Source: an uncultured delta proteobacterium (lineage in GTDB: Bacteria > Desulfobacterota > Desulfobaccia > Desulfobaccales > 0-14-0-80-60-11). From it: a DNA stretch of 64,000 nt. The first letter of the stretch is position 1, and each line of letters opens with the position of its first letter. Shown here piece after piece: positions 29,729-39,601 of the stretch. The position numbers and the translations under genes were made by a program. The stretch is taken from the NCBI GenBank assembly GCA_963812015.1, contig CAWETI010000003.1, forward strand, positions 1,312,001 through 1,376,000, given 5' to 3'. A model generated the notes under the pieces. The model had not been told where the DNA came from and did no database searches. It saw nothing but the letters and a program-made list of their open reading frames with translations.

Positions 29729-30847
29729 ATGATCAAAATTAACACCTTATTGAAAAACTTGGGGCTTCTCCTGTTGGGCGGCCTGGTGGCGCTGGTGGTG
29801 CTGGAACTGCTGCTCAGGGTCTACAATCCCCTGGAGATTCGCTTCAAGCCCGACCGGATCGTTTTGCCGGTCAACAAGCGCTACGTCCTCGACAACACCG
29901 GCCAGTTCACTAAGCTGCCCCCCAGGACCCTGCATACCAAAAATGGACTGGGTTTTCGGGGCGATCCGCCCCCTCCCAACTTCCGGGATTGGCTGACCAT
30001 CGTCACCATCGGCGGCAGCACCACGGAGTGCTTCTATCTCTCCGACGGCCATACCTGGCCTGACCTCCTGGGGCGGAAACTATCGCAGGCTTTTACCAAA
30101 GTATGGATCAACAACGCCGGCCTGGATGGCGCCACCACCTACCGCCACCTCATCCTGATGGAGGACTATGTCGTCAAGGTGCGCCCCAAGGTGGTGTTAT
30201 TCCTGGTGGGCATCAACGACGTGGGGGCGCCCAACCTTGACGAAGCCGAAAAGCACCGGGGGCATTATTTGAGAAATATGTGGCGCGCCCTCCTGTATCG
30301 GAGCGAGGTCTATGCCCTGGAGCAAAATATCTATCACTACTTTATAGCCCAGAGTCGGGGGTTGCGGCACACGGAGATTGATTTAAGGAAAGTCGAGGTT
30401 CTAGCGGATCTGCCGGAATCAGCGGCGCAGAAGACCTTACAAGATTACCGGGCCAACTCCCTGCCCTTTTTTGCCGCCAGGCTAAAGAAGCTCGTCAAAA
30501 TTTCCCGGGACCACGGGATTGAGCCGGTCATGATCACCCAGCCGACCCTCTACGGGCCGGGCGTCGATCCGGTCACCGGGGTTAACCTGGCGACCATCAA
30601 GCTGGGAGAGAACCTCAACGGCGGGCTTATGTTCCAGGTTGTGGATCTTTACAACGGGGTGACCCGGCAGGTGGCCGGCCAAGAGAAGGTCCTCCTCATC
30701 GACCTGGCCCGGGAACTGCCCCGGAACTCCGCCTATTACTACGACTACCTCCACTACACCGAGGCCGGGGCGAGGGCAGTGGCCGGGATTGTCGACTCGC
30801 GGCTCAAGCCCTTTCTGGCGGCCCGCTATCCCGCTTTCAAGAAATAG
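29729..30847 (+). CDS. membrane-anchored SGNH/GDSL hydrolase
   Basis: GGSTT, NAGLDG, GIND, DYLH. Confidence 0.85.
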   Translation: MIKINTLLKNLGLLLLGGLVALVVLELLLRVYNPLEIRFKPDRIVLPVNKRYVLDNTGQFTKLPPRTLHTKNGLGFRGDPPPPNFRDWLTIVTIGGSTTECFYLSDGHTWPDLLGRKLSQAFTKVWINNAGLDGATTYRHLILMEDYVVKVRPKVVLFLVGINDVGAPNLDEAEKHRGHYLRNMWRALLYRSEVYALEQNIYHYFIAQSRGLRHTEIDLRKVEVLADLPESAAQKTLQDYRANSLPFFAARLKKLVKISRDHGIEPVMITQPTLYGPGVDPVTGVNLATIKLGENLNGGLMFQVVDLYNGVTRQVAGQEKVLLIDLARELPRNSAYYYDYLHYTEAGARAVAGIVDSRLKPFLAARYPAFKK

Positions 30848-30938
30848 TGGACTCTCAATAGAGAGGGGAGGGCGGGGGAATTTTTCATGGGAAATCCCCC
30901 CGGCCCTCCCCTTAAAATTGCCGTCCTTGATCAAGCCG

Positions 30939-32519
30939 TTATTTGGGCTCGGCCGCCAGCACCTCCGGCTCCACGTTGGAGGCGTACTTGATAAAATTCT
31001 CCCGGAAGCGGGCCGCCAGGTCCCGGGCGGTGACCTCATAGGCCTGGGGGTCGGCCCAGGTCTTCTGAGGATAGAGGATGGAATCAGGCACTCCCGGGCA
31101 TTTGGTGGGCACGGTCAGGCCGAAAAAGGGGTCCTGGTAAGTGGGGACGTCATCCAGCTTGCCGGACATGGCGGCATTTAAAAGGGCCCGGCTGTAGGCG
31201 ATTTTCATGCGATGCCCCACCCCGAAAGGTCCGCCGGTCCAGCCGGTGTTCACCAGCCAGCAGCTCGGTTTATGCTCGTTGACTTTTTCCCGGAAAAGCT
31301 TGGCATAGACCTCGGGAGGCAAGGCCAGGAATGGCGCGCCGAAGCAGGTGCTGAAGGTGACCTGGGGTTCGTTGCCCATGCCCCGCTCCGTGCCCGCCAC
31401 CTTGGCGGTGTAACCCGACAGGAAATGGTAGGCCGCCTGTTCCGGGGTCAGCCGGGCGATGGGGGGCAGGACCCCAAAGGCGTCGCAGGCCAGCATGAAG
31501 ATGTGCCGGGGGTGCTCCCCCATTCCGCCGCGCACGATGTTTTGCAGATGGGTGATGGGGTAGGCGGCCCGGGTGTTCTCGGTGAGGCTGTCGTCGTTCA
31601 GGTCCAGGCGGCGGGAGGCCAGGTCGATGCCGACATTTTCCAAAATGGTGCCAAACCGGCGGGTGCATTCGTAAATCTCCGGCTCCGCCTTGGGATTCAG
31701 CCGGATGACCTTGGCGTAGCAACCCCCCTCGAAATTGAAGATGCCCCCCTTGCCCCAGCCGTGCTCGTCATCGCCGATGAGCTTGCGCTCGGGGTCCGCA
31801 GACAGGCTGGTCTTGCCGGTCCCGGAGAGGCCGAAGAACAGGGCGGTATCCCCGCCCTGGCCTTCATTGGCCGAACAGTGCATGGACAGCACTTCCTTTT
31901 GGGGCAGATAGTAATGGAGGATGGTGAATACCGACTTCTTGATCTCCCCGGCGTAGGAGGTGCCGCCGATGATGATGAGTTTCCGGGCGAAATTGACGAT
32001 GACGAAGGCCTCGGATTTGGTGCCGTCCAACTCAGGCACGGCGTGAAAATCAGGGGCGCTGATTATGGTAAACTCCGGGGCGTGCCGCTCCAGTTCGTGC
32101 TCATCCTTGATCTGGACGAACAGGTTCCGGGCAAAGAGGTTTTGCCAGGCCTGGGTGGTAATGATGCGGATGGACATGCGGTAGTTAGGGTCAGCCCCGG
32201 CATGGCAGTCCTGGACAAAGATATCTTTCCCCTGAAGGAAGGCCAGCAGGCGGTAGTAAAGCAGATCGAATTTTTCCTCCGTCAGGGGCTGATTCTCCGC
32301 TCCCCAGGAGATGTGGTGCGCGCTGGAAGGCTCCTTCACGATGAATTTGTCCCGGGGCGACCGGCCGGTATAGACGCCGGTGCGCACCACCATCGGGCCC
32401 AGATGGGCGATAAGACCCTCACCCCGGGAAACGATCTCCTCATAGAGGGCGGAGGTGGGCAATTGCCAATTAATGGTCTTGACATTACGAATGCCGTGAG
32501 CTTCTAAACCTTTCTTCAT
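30939..32519 (-). CDS. pckA: phosphoenolpyruvate carboxykinase (ATP)
   Basis: TGRSPRDK, YAGEIKK, GLSGTGKT, LIGDDEHGW, ENTRAAY. Confidence 0.97.
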   Translation of the reverse strand: MKKGLEAHGIRNVKTINWQLPTSALYEEIVSRGEGLIAHLGPMVVRTGVYTGRSPRDKFIVKEPSSAHHISWGAENQPLTEEKFDLLYYRLLAFLQGKDIFVQDCHAGADPNYRMSIRIITTQAWQNLFARNLFVQIKDEHELERHAPEFTIISAPDFHAVPELDGTKSEAFVIVNFARKLIIIGGTSYAGEIKKSVFTILHYYLPQKEVLSMHCSANEGQGGDTALFFGLSGTGKTSLSADPERKLIGDDEHGWGKGGIFNFEGGCYAKVIRLNPKAEPEIYECTRRFGTILENVGIDLASRRLDLNDDSLTENTRAAYPITHLQNIVRGGMGEHPRHIFMLACDAFGVLPPIARLTPEQAAYHFLSGYTAKVAGTERGMGNEPQVTFSTCFGAPFLALPPEVYAKLFREKVNEHKPSCWLVNTGWTGGPFGVGHRMKIAYSRALLNAAMSGKLDDVPTYQDPFFGLTVPTKCPGVPDSILYPQKTWADPQAYEVTARDLAARFRENFIKYASNVEPEVLAAEPK

Positions 32520-32585
32520 GCGCTACCCCCTGGTTTTCTGGCCCCGCTGGGGGGGATTATCTGCAATAGGTTCATAACCGGCCGG

Positions 32586-33848
32586 TCATTTAAGCCTCTG
32601 GCGTTCAGTGGCCGATCTGTTTTTCTCTTGCAACTTGATAAACTTGCCTTTCAATCTATGGTCTACTGAAAGGTCTGGAGAACCTAAGCCACTCTTGATC
32701 AAATAGGCATTAACAAATATTCTGTTCTTTAAGTAAATATACGCAGCAATCAAATCTCTGTTGATACTATCATGGTCTTTTATGAAGATGTTCTTGCCAA
32801 GAATTCTGCGGTGCAAGTAATCTATGGTCTCTTCCTTTTGGTCGATCTGTACTCCCAGGAATCTGACCTGGAGGCCATCATGTATTCTGAGGGTTTTGTC
32901 GTCGATAATTTGGGTTACCTTATACAGATCGGCCGGGTTCAACTGAAGTCCGGGAGCCTCCTCCGGGGCCGCGGCATCGCGAATTGCCGGAGTATAATCA
33001 ATTTTCGCAGGTGGTTCAATTCTTTTATCGGTCTCGATTATTTGTATTCGATTAAATAAGGGTAAACTTTCCCTGCCGCTGATTTTCGGCGGAGTGGCCT
33101 CCAGAAAATCCCGGTTGATTTCGTAGCCCATGGCATTCCGGGCCAAATCCAGAGCCGCCTTGACGGTGGTGCCGCTGCCCAAAAACGGGTCCAACACCAT
33201 ATCACCCCGGAAGGTAAACATCCGGATCAACCGCCGGGGCAGCTCTTCGGGAAACATGGCCTCGTGACCCACCTGCCGGGCTCCGCCAAAGCACCAATGA
33301 CCGGCGAAGTACTCCTTCCACTCCTCTTTGGTCAGTCTAGAGGCTTCCTTGATGTCTGTCGAGACTTTTTTGCTCTTGCCCGGCTTTTTAAAGATCTGGA
33401 TGAATTCGTAATCGATTTCCACGATGCCGTTGGGGGGAAACGGGTAGGAACCCATGACCGTGGCGCCCCCGGTGGTATTCATGGTGGTCTTCTTCTGCCA
33501 GATGATGGCGCCCATGCAGTCGAAGCCGATGTGCTCGCATTGATTGATGAACTCGGCGTGCAGGGGGATGACCTTGTAGCGGCCGTAAACCGCGGCCCGG
33601 GCGAATTGATCCCCAATGTTGATGCAGAGCCGAGCCCCCTCCCCGAGGACCCGGAAACATTCCCGCCAGACGCGGTAGAGGTCCTTGAGATAGTCGTGCA
33701 GGCTCTGGCCGTAGCCGATCTGGCCGGGGGCGCCGTAGTCTTTGATCTGCCAGTAAGGCGGCGAGGTCACCACCAGGTCGACGCTGGCGTCGCCCACTTC
33801 CGTCATGGCCCGGCTATCGCCGAGATAAATTTTGGCCCGGTTAGGCAT
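32586..33848 (-). CDS. beta-class N4/N6 DNA methyltransferase with C-terminal SNase-like domain
   Basis: TSPPY (motif IV) precedes DPFLGSGTT (motif I); C-terminus KVTQIID..VRFLGV..AYIYL..VNAYLIKSGL. Confidence 0.85.
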   Translation of the reverse strand: MPNRAKIYLGDSRAMTEVGDASVDLVVTSPPYWQIKDYGAPGQIGYGQSLHDYLKDLYRVWRECFRVLGEGARLCINIGDQFARAAVYGRYKVIPLHAEFINQCEHIGFDCMGAIIWQKKTTMNTTGGATVMGSYPFPPNGIVEIDYEFIQIFKKPGKSKKVSTDIKEASRLTKEEWKEYFAGHWCFGGARQVGHEAMFPEELPRRLIRMFTFRGDMVLDPFLGSGTTVKAALDLARNAMGYEINRDFLEATPPKISGRESLPLFNRIQIIETDKRIEPPAKIDYTPAIRDAAAPEEAPGLQLNPADLYKVTQIIDDKTLRIHDGLQVRFLGVQIDQKEETIDYLHRRILGKNIFIKDHDSINRDLIAAYIYLKNRIFVNAYLIKSGLGSPDLSVDHRLKGKFIKLQEKNRSATERQRLK

Positions 33849-33923
33849 AAGGAATGCATGTAACCCGTTGATTGCTGGGGGAAAAATTGTGGCCTCTGGC
33901 CGCGCTTCCTATACAACTCATAA

Positions 33924-33995
33924 GGGATTGGGGATGGGGGTTTGGGGGAAGGGGTAAGGGCCACTTACAAAAAAGCCCTTAGCCCCTTTCCCCAA
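33924..33995. repeat. palindromic repeat, family A
   Basis: Near copy of 3598-3670. Confidence 0.75.
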
Positions 33996-34008
33996 GTTGC
34001 TTCCCACC

Positions 34009-34590
34009 TCACTTCGCCAGGGCCTTGAGGCTCTGGCGCAGCAGGTCTTCCAGGCTGCCGGCCCCCAGGGTTTTCGCCGCGTCCAGGGCTTTTTCCGCCA
34101 GGTTTTTGGGGTATCCCAGGTTGAGCAGGGCCGAGAGGGCGTCCTGCATCAGCTTTTCCCCGGCCGACGCCGGGCGTGGGCGCCGGGCCGGCGGCAGCTT
34201 ATCTTTGAGTTCCAGCACGATCCGGGCCGCGGATTTCTTGCCGATGCCGGGAATCCCGGCCAGGCGTTTATCATCGCCCTGGAGCAAGGCCTGGGCGAAG
34301 TCCTCGGGGTTGATGCCGCTCAGAATGTTCAGGGCCGTGCGGGCCCCGACCCGGGGAATGCCCAGGAGTTGCAGGAACAGATACTTTTCTTCCTGGGTGT
34401 TAAAACCATAGAGCTGCAGGGCGTCCTCTTGCAGGCGGGTATGAATCTGGAGGGCGACGGTGGCCGGCGGGTCGGGCAGGGCATAAAAGGTGGAGAGGGG
34501 AATCAAGATTTGATAGCCTACGCCTCCCACCTTCAGCAGGATCTGGCCCGGCAACTTGTCGATGAGTTGGCCTTCCAGGTAACCGATCAT
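34009..34590 (-). CDS. ruvA: Holliday junction branch migration protein RuvA
   Basis: MIGYLEG, GVGY, LYGF, IPGIGKKSAARIVLEL, ALLNLGY. Confidence 0.95.
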   Translation of the reverse strand: MIGYLEGQLIDKLPGQILLKVGGVGYQILIPLSTFYALPDPPATVALQIHTRLQEDALQLYGFNTQEEKYLFLQLLGIPRVGARTALNILSGINPEDFAQALLQGDDKRLAGIPGIGKKSAARIVLELKDKLPPARRPRPASAGEKLMQDALSALLNLGYPKNLAEKALDAAKTLGAGSLEDLLRQSLKALAK

Positions 34591-35075
34591 GGGGAGGCCG
34601 GGAGCCAGCGGCTGTGGAAGAGATGGCACATGCCCACCGCCAGGGCGTCGGCGGCGTGTTGGTTCTTCACCTCGACCCCTAAAAGATGCTTCACCATCAG
34701 CTGCACCTGTTCCTTGGAGGCCTGGCCGTAGCCCACCACCGATTTCTTGACCACCAGGGGCGAGTAGTGAAAGATGGGCACCGCGGCGCGGGCCGCGAGG
34801 AGCAGCACTATGCCCCGCACCTGGCCCAGGGTGAAGGCGCTGTGCACATTGGTGCCCAGAAAGATTTCTTCCACGGCGATGGCCTGGGGGGTATGTTGAC
34901 GGATTAAATCCTCCAGACCGTCAAAAATCCGACAGAGACGGGATTCCAACGGCGGCCGGGAGCCGGCATTGATGCTGCCGGAGGCCAGGTGGAGGAGTTG
35001 ATCCCCCTCCCCCTGGAGGACCCCAAAACCGGTATGCCGGGAACCGGGGTCCACCCCCAGGATAATCGGGCTCAC
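34587..35075 (-). CDS. ruvC: crossover junction endodeoxyribonuclease RuvC
   Basis: [32 protein letters not shown]. Confidence 0.95.
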   Translation of the reverse strand: MSPIILGVDPGSRHTGFGVLQGEGDQLLHLASGSINAGSRPPLESRLCRIFDGLEDLIRQHTPQAIAVEEIFLGTNVHSAFTLGQVRGIVLLLAARAAVPIFHYSPLVVKKSVVGYGQASKEQVQLMVKHLLGVEVKNQHAADALAVGMCHLFHSRWLPASP

Positions 35076-35821
35076 ATCAAGGCCTCAAGCAATTGATCCG
35101 GAATGTCAAAATTGGCGAAGACGTCATTGACGTCATCGTGATCTTCTAATAACTCCACCAGTTTGATCAAATTTTGGGCGGATTTTTCTTCCTCGATGTG
35201 GATGGTGGTTTGGGGGCGTAACTGGATCTCCGCCAGGATGGGCTTAAAACCCCGGCTCTCCAGGGCTTCATTGACTTCGATAAAATTGGCGGGGTCGGTG
35301 AGCACCTCGAATTGACTCTCGTCCCCTTGCAAGTCTTCGGCGCCGCATTCCAGGGCGGCCTCCATGAGGGCCTCTTCATCCACGCCTTCCCGCTCGAAGA
35401 CAATGACCCCTTTCTTGTCAAACATCCAGGCGACACAGCCGGGCTCCCCCAGGCTGCCGCCGTATTTGGTAATGAGGTGACGGACGTCGGACACCGTGCG
35501 GTTTTTGTTGTCCGTGAGGCTTTCCACCATCAGGGCCACCCCGGCCGGACCATACCCCTCCAGGGTCAGTTCTTCCAGGGCGGCGCCGCCGGCTTCCCCG
35601 GCGCCGCGCTTAATGGCCCGGGTAATATTGTCATTGGGCATGTTTTCGGCCCGGGCCGCGGCGATGGCCGCTCTGAGGCGGGGATTGCCGGTGGGGTCAC
35701 CTCCCCCCAGGCGCGCCGACACGGTAATTTCTTTGGCCAGCTTGCCGAAGAGTTTTCCCCGTTTGGCGTCCAAGGCGCCTTTCTTCCGCTTGATGGTGCT
35801 CCATTTGGAATGACCAGACAT
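35072..35821 (-). CDS. yebC: YebC/PmpR family protein
   Basis: MSGHSKW, EGYGP, TDNKNRT, LEDHDDV. Confidence 0.95.
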   Translation of the reverse strand: MSGHSKWSTIKRKKGALDAKRGKLFGKLAKEITVSARLGGGDPTGNPRLRAAIAAARAENMPNDNITRAIKRGAGEAGGAALEELTLEGYGPAGVALMVESLTDNKNRTVSDVRHLITKYGGSLGEPGCVAWMFDKKGVIVFEREGVDEEALMEAALECGAEDLQGDESQFEVLTDPANFIEVNEALESRGFKPILAEIQLRPQTTIHIEEEKSAQNLIKLVELLEDHDDVNDVFANFDIPDQLLEALM

Positions 35822-35872
35822 CTGGGCGTGCTCCTCTTTGACTTACTTTCACAGTGCTTATGACTGCCGAAG

Positions 35873-36490
35873 TCAAGATTTGGGGGTCCCGGAGGCCGGG
35901 GCGCCCCGTTTCCTGAGGCCGACAAAATAGATTTCCCGGCTGGCCGGACGAGACCCGGCCGGCTTCACGGGTCGGCAAAGACTGAAGTTCCTCTTCAGGA
36001 TTGCCGCCAGGGCGGGGGTGTCCGGCCCTTCGAAGACCTTGACCAGGAAGTGGCCCCCGACTCGGAGCAGCTTTTGGGCCCACTCCCAGGCCAGGAAGGC
36101 CAACTCCAGGGAGCGCTGCTGGTCCACCGCCCGCAGGCCCGTGGTTTTCGGGGCCAGATCGCTCACCACCACGTCAAACACCGGGGATATGGCCATAATG
36201 GCGGCTAAGTCTATACTTGTGACCTCGCCGTGCACAAAGTATAGGGGCGGGGCCACGGCGATGGTCACCGGCGTCACATCCACCCCTACCACCAGGCCTC
36301 CGGGGCCGATGCGGGAGGCAATATATTGCAGCCATGACCCCGGACTGCACCCCAGGTCCAGGACCCGTTGGCCTTCCTGAAAGAGATGGTATTTTTCATC
36401 CACCTCTTTGAGCTTGTAAATAGCCCGGGCCACATATCCTTCGGCCCGGGCCCGGCTCCGGTAATAGTCGGGCAGACCTGGGCGAGGCAT
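35873..36490 (-). CDS. rlmE: 23S rRNA Um2552 methyltransferase
   Basis: ARAIYKL, LDLGCSPGSW, SDLAP, KVFEG, SREIY. Confidence 0.92.
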   Translation of the reverse strand: MPRPGLPDYYRSRARAEGYVARAIYKLKEVDEKYHLFQEGQRVLDLGCSPGSWLQYIASRIGPGGLVVGVDVTPVTIAVAPPLYFVHGEVTSIDLAAIMAISPVFDVVVSDLAPKTTGLRAVDQQRSLELAFLAWEWAQKLLRVGGHFLVKVFEGPDTPALAAILKRNFSLCRPVKPAGSRPASREIYFVGLRKRGAPASGTPKS

Positions 36491-36572
36491 AGTTTCAAAA
36501 TGTCTATCTTAGTAGATTAATTAACTTTCTTTTAGCATAGGTCCCAACTTTTGGCAATGAAAATCCTCCGTA

Positions 36573-36588
36573 TGTCAAAATCCTGACA
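36573..36588. promoter_or_regulatory. putative enhancer-binding-protein site (TGTCA-N6-TGACA)
   Basis: Perfect inverted repeat about 220 bp upstream of a sigma54 promoter; resembles FleQ-type GTCA-N6-TGAC boxes. Confidence 0.5.
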
Positions 36589-36807
36589 GCCCGGGAGCTC
36601 TTTGACCGACGCTTGACGCCCCTCTTCCCGGCGCTCTCCTGGTCCTCGCGGCCGGGGACCGCCGACCAGCCGCAAGGCAGTTAGCTTAAATTAATCAATA
36701 AATCAAGCAAGTTAAACAGGAATAGTCGGTGGGGTCTAGGTAAACCGCAAAACTTGGGGCACCCCCGTTCCGACCGGTGTGCAAAGATGAACCGGGCGTT
36801 TTGAGGC

Positions 36808-36823
36808 TGGCACAATCATTGCT
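36808..36823 (+). promoter_or_regulatory. sigma54 (-24/-12) promoter
   Basis: TGGCAC-AATCA-TTGCT with consensus spacing. Confidence 0.8.
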
Positions 36824-36983
36824 GACTAGAGGAACACAGGCAAGGTTGAGCAGTGAGCCTGGGCCGAAGGGATGGTGAGACCGTGATACAGGGAATCAAA
36901 AAGCCGGGTTGGCGAAAAAACCCCGGGGCCACTGAACTTGAGGCGACGATGCCGCCATACCGACCTGGCGCCGGAGGGCGGAG

Positions 36984-37166
36984 ATGACCCAGATGTTGAC
37001 CCCGGAAGAAATGGCGGCTCTGCTTGAAGGTTTAAGGGAAGCAGAGGCCCACCTCGATTCCGAACAGTGCGCCTCTGCGAAAATCATCTCTCCAGGCCGG
37101 AGTTTTCCTGAAAGCTTAGGGTGCAAAATTCAGAGACTTATCAAACTGGTTGCTGGCGAGCCTTGA
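36984..37166 (+). CDS. 60-aa protein with FliM N-terminal-like peptide
   Basis: MTQMLTPEEMAALLEGL resembles FliM LSQxEIDALL; GGAGG RBS. Confidence 0.55.
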   Translation: MTQMLTPEEMAALLEGLREAEAHLDSEQCASAKIISPGRSFPESLGCKIQRLIKLVAGEP

Positions 37167-37202
37167 GGTAAAGTGGCCCCACTTTATGAGGGGAATGGGA
37201 GC

Positions 37203-38090
37203 ATGGGAACCGAAATCAGCGTGGCATCGTTCGCACCTGAACTCAATGAAGTGCCCCAGGACGGTGCCTCTCCCCAGAGATGGGCAGGGGCGACCCCCCT
37301 CAGGGTCATTTCGGTTACCTCCGGCAAGGGCGGGGTGGGCAAATCCAATGTCGTGGTCAACCTGGGACTGGCCCTGGCTCAGCGCGGACTCAAAGTGCTC
37401 CTGATTGATGCCGATTTAGGGTTGGGTAATCTGGATATCCTGTTGGGTCTGACCCCAAAATTCACTATTCAGGATGTCCTGTCCCTGCGTCTCAACCTGG
37501 CCGACGTGATCGTGGAAGGACCAGGAGGCCTTAAAATCCTGCCAGCCTCTTCCGGCATCCCCGAACTGGCGATGCTGGATGCATTTCAGCAGCTCTTTTT
37601 GCTCAACGAAATGGACCATTTCACCGCAGATGTCGATGTCGTGTTGATTGATACCGGGGCCGGCATCTCGCAAAATGTCTTGTTTTTCAATATGGGCGCC
37701 CGGGAACGCATCCTGGTGGTCAACAACCAGCCGCCCGCCATCGCTGATGCCTATGCCCTGATCAAGGTCATGGTTTCCCAGCATGGCGAGAAGAGCTTCA
37801 AGGTGTTGGTGAATGGCCTGGCTCACGACCGAGAAGCAGAATTGGTCTATCAGACCCTGCTCAGGGTGACCGAGCGTTTCTTGGGACAGGAGATCGCCTT
37901 GGATTATCTCGGCGTTATTCCTTACGATGAAGCCGTGCCCAAAGCGGTCATGAGGCAGCAGCCGGTCCTGGCCCTCTACCCCCAGGCTCCGGCCAGCCGG
38001 TCTTTCCGCATGATCGCCCAAACTTTGTGGGAATCGCCGCCCCGCGGGATTGACGGCACTATCAAATTCTTTTGGCGTCGCTTACTCTGA
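37203..38090 (+). CDS. flhG: MinD/ParA-family ATPase FlhG/FleN
   Basis: TSGKGGVGKSN, DADLGLGN, IDTGAG, DAYALIK; adjacent to fliA. Confidence 0.88.
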   Translation: MGTEISVASFAPELNEVPQDGASPQRWAGATPLRVISVTSGKGGVGKSNVVVNLGLALAQRGLKVLLIDADLGLGNLDILLGLTPKFTIQDVLSLRLNLADVIVEGPGGLKILPASSGIPELAMLDAFQQLFLLNEMDHFTADVDVVLIDTGAGISQNVLFFNMGARERILVVNNQPPAIADAYALIKVMVSQHGEKSFKVLVNGLAHDREAELVYQTLLRVTERFLGQEIALDYLGVIPYDEAVPKAVMRQQPVLALYPQAPASRSFRMIAQTLWESPPRGIDGTIKFFWRRLL

Positions 38091-38121
38091 TCGCGTTCGG
38101 GCATACGAAAGCGGGGAAATC

Positions 38122-38916
38122 ATGGAAGAGCAGAGTTTGGCCCAGATCAACATGGAATCAATTCCTGGCTATGGCGCCGGGAAAGTGGATCAGGACTGGC
38201 AGGAACAGATGGTGCTGCAATACGCGCCATTAATCAAGTACATCGCCGCTCGTCTGGCCTTGCGCCTGCCATCCCACATCTCCTTAGAAGATTTGGTGAG
38301 CTCCGGCATCATTGGTTTGATTGATGCAGTCCAAAAGTTTGACTCCTCGAAGAACATCAATTTTAAAACCTATGCGGAATTCCGTATCAAGGGGGCGATG
38401 CTGGATGAACTGCGGAGCCTGGACTGGATCCCTCGTTCCGTGCGGAAAAAATCTCACCTCATCGAAAACGCCTACGTTCAATTACAAAGAAGTTTGGGAA
38501 GGCCGGCCGAAGCGGAAGAGGTGGCCGAGCTCCTGGGTCTGGAGCTGGGAGAATTCTACCAACTCCTGGATGAAACCAAGACAGTGTCCCTGGTGGCTTT
38601 AGAGGAAGGCAGAAAAGCCCTGGGAGGGCAGGTGAGCTATCTGGAGTACGAACTCCTGGAGACTATCAAGGACGATAAGGCCCGGGACTCAATGTTGGCC
38701 ATACATTTTTCCGAACTCCAGAAAATTATGGTGCGGGCCATTGAAGCCTTGCCGGATAAGGAAAAGTTGTTGATATCATTATATTATTATGAAGAGCTGA
38801 CCATGAAGGAGATCGGCCAGATCATGGGTTATACCGAGTCTCGGATCTCCCAGTTACATACTCAGGCTATGTATCGCCTGAAACATAAGCTCCGGGAATA
38901 CTCCGAAGAGGGTTAA
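38122..38916 (+). CDS. fliA: RNA polymerase sigma factor FliA/WhiG (sigma28)
   Basis: TYAEFRIKGAMLDELRSLDW.PRSVR, LYYYEELTMKEIG, ESRISQ. Confidence 0.93.
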   Translation: MEEQSLAQINMESIPGYGAGKVDQDWQEQMVLQYAPLIKYIAARLALRLPSHISLEDLVSSGIIGLIDAVQKFDSSKNINFKTYAEFRIKGAMLDELRSLDWIPRSVRKKSHLIENAYVQLQRSLGRPAEAEEVAELLGLELGEFYQLLDETKTVSLVALEEGRKALGGQVSYLEYELLETIKDDKARDSMLAIHFSELQKIMVRAIEALPDKEKLLISLYYYEELTMKEIGQIMGYTESRISQLHTQAMYRLKHKLREYSEEG

Positions 38917-39065
38917 CTGGACCTGAAAACTGCTCATTTCCCGGGAATAGAGTCCATGAGTTTTTTCGGGCGGCGTTCCTTGCAAGTCTCCCTGGGGCAG
39001 CAGGATTAGTCAATGCTTACCTGACCCATGGCAATGCGCCTGGCGGCCAGAAAAGGAGGAAGATA

Positions 39066-39290
39066 GTGTCTCTCTTGTCCTACGGGGTGCTCATCTTAGT
39101 TGTCGTATTGGGCGGGTTGGTGTTGTTAGTGATTTTTAGTCTGCTGGCCATGGCCCAACAGGGCGATAGCTACCTGGACCAACAAGAATTTAACCTGCCG
39201 CAGCAGCAAGATTGCCCCCCTGCATCGGTGGAGGAGGCAAAATCACCTAACCTCTCCGGGCTCGCCAAACAAGATCTGAAGCTGGTTTGA
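39066..39290 (+). CDS. small single-TM hypothetical protein
   Basis: Strong AGGAGG RBS, hydrophobic N-terminus. Confidence 0.6.
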   Translation: MSLLSYGVLILVVVLGGLVLLVIFSLLAMAQQGDSYLDQQEFNLPQQQDCPPASVEEAKSPNLSGLAKQDLKLV

Positions 39291-39601
39291 TTCTGTCGCC
39301 CGCCGAATTCTCATCCGCCGTTGAGGGCGCGAGCCCTCGGCTGGTTTCCCTCTACGACGATTTCCTCTCATATTCGCAGAGACCGAGTTGCGATGACGCC
39401 CCCTTTCCCAGGGCGCTTGCCTGGGGGTGCTTAAGATCCTGAATCTAACCCCAAATAATCTGCCTTGGCATCAACCCCGCCTGCTTTAGGTCCGCGGCAT
39501 GCCGTGCCTTCCTTAATCATCATTGCGTCGGCGGCCAATTTCCACTAAACTGCCCCCAAACCAAGCTTGGTGCAATATTCCCCTGACGAATTGGGACCCT
39601 T

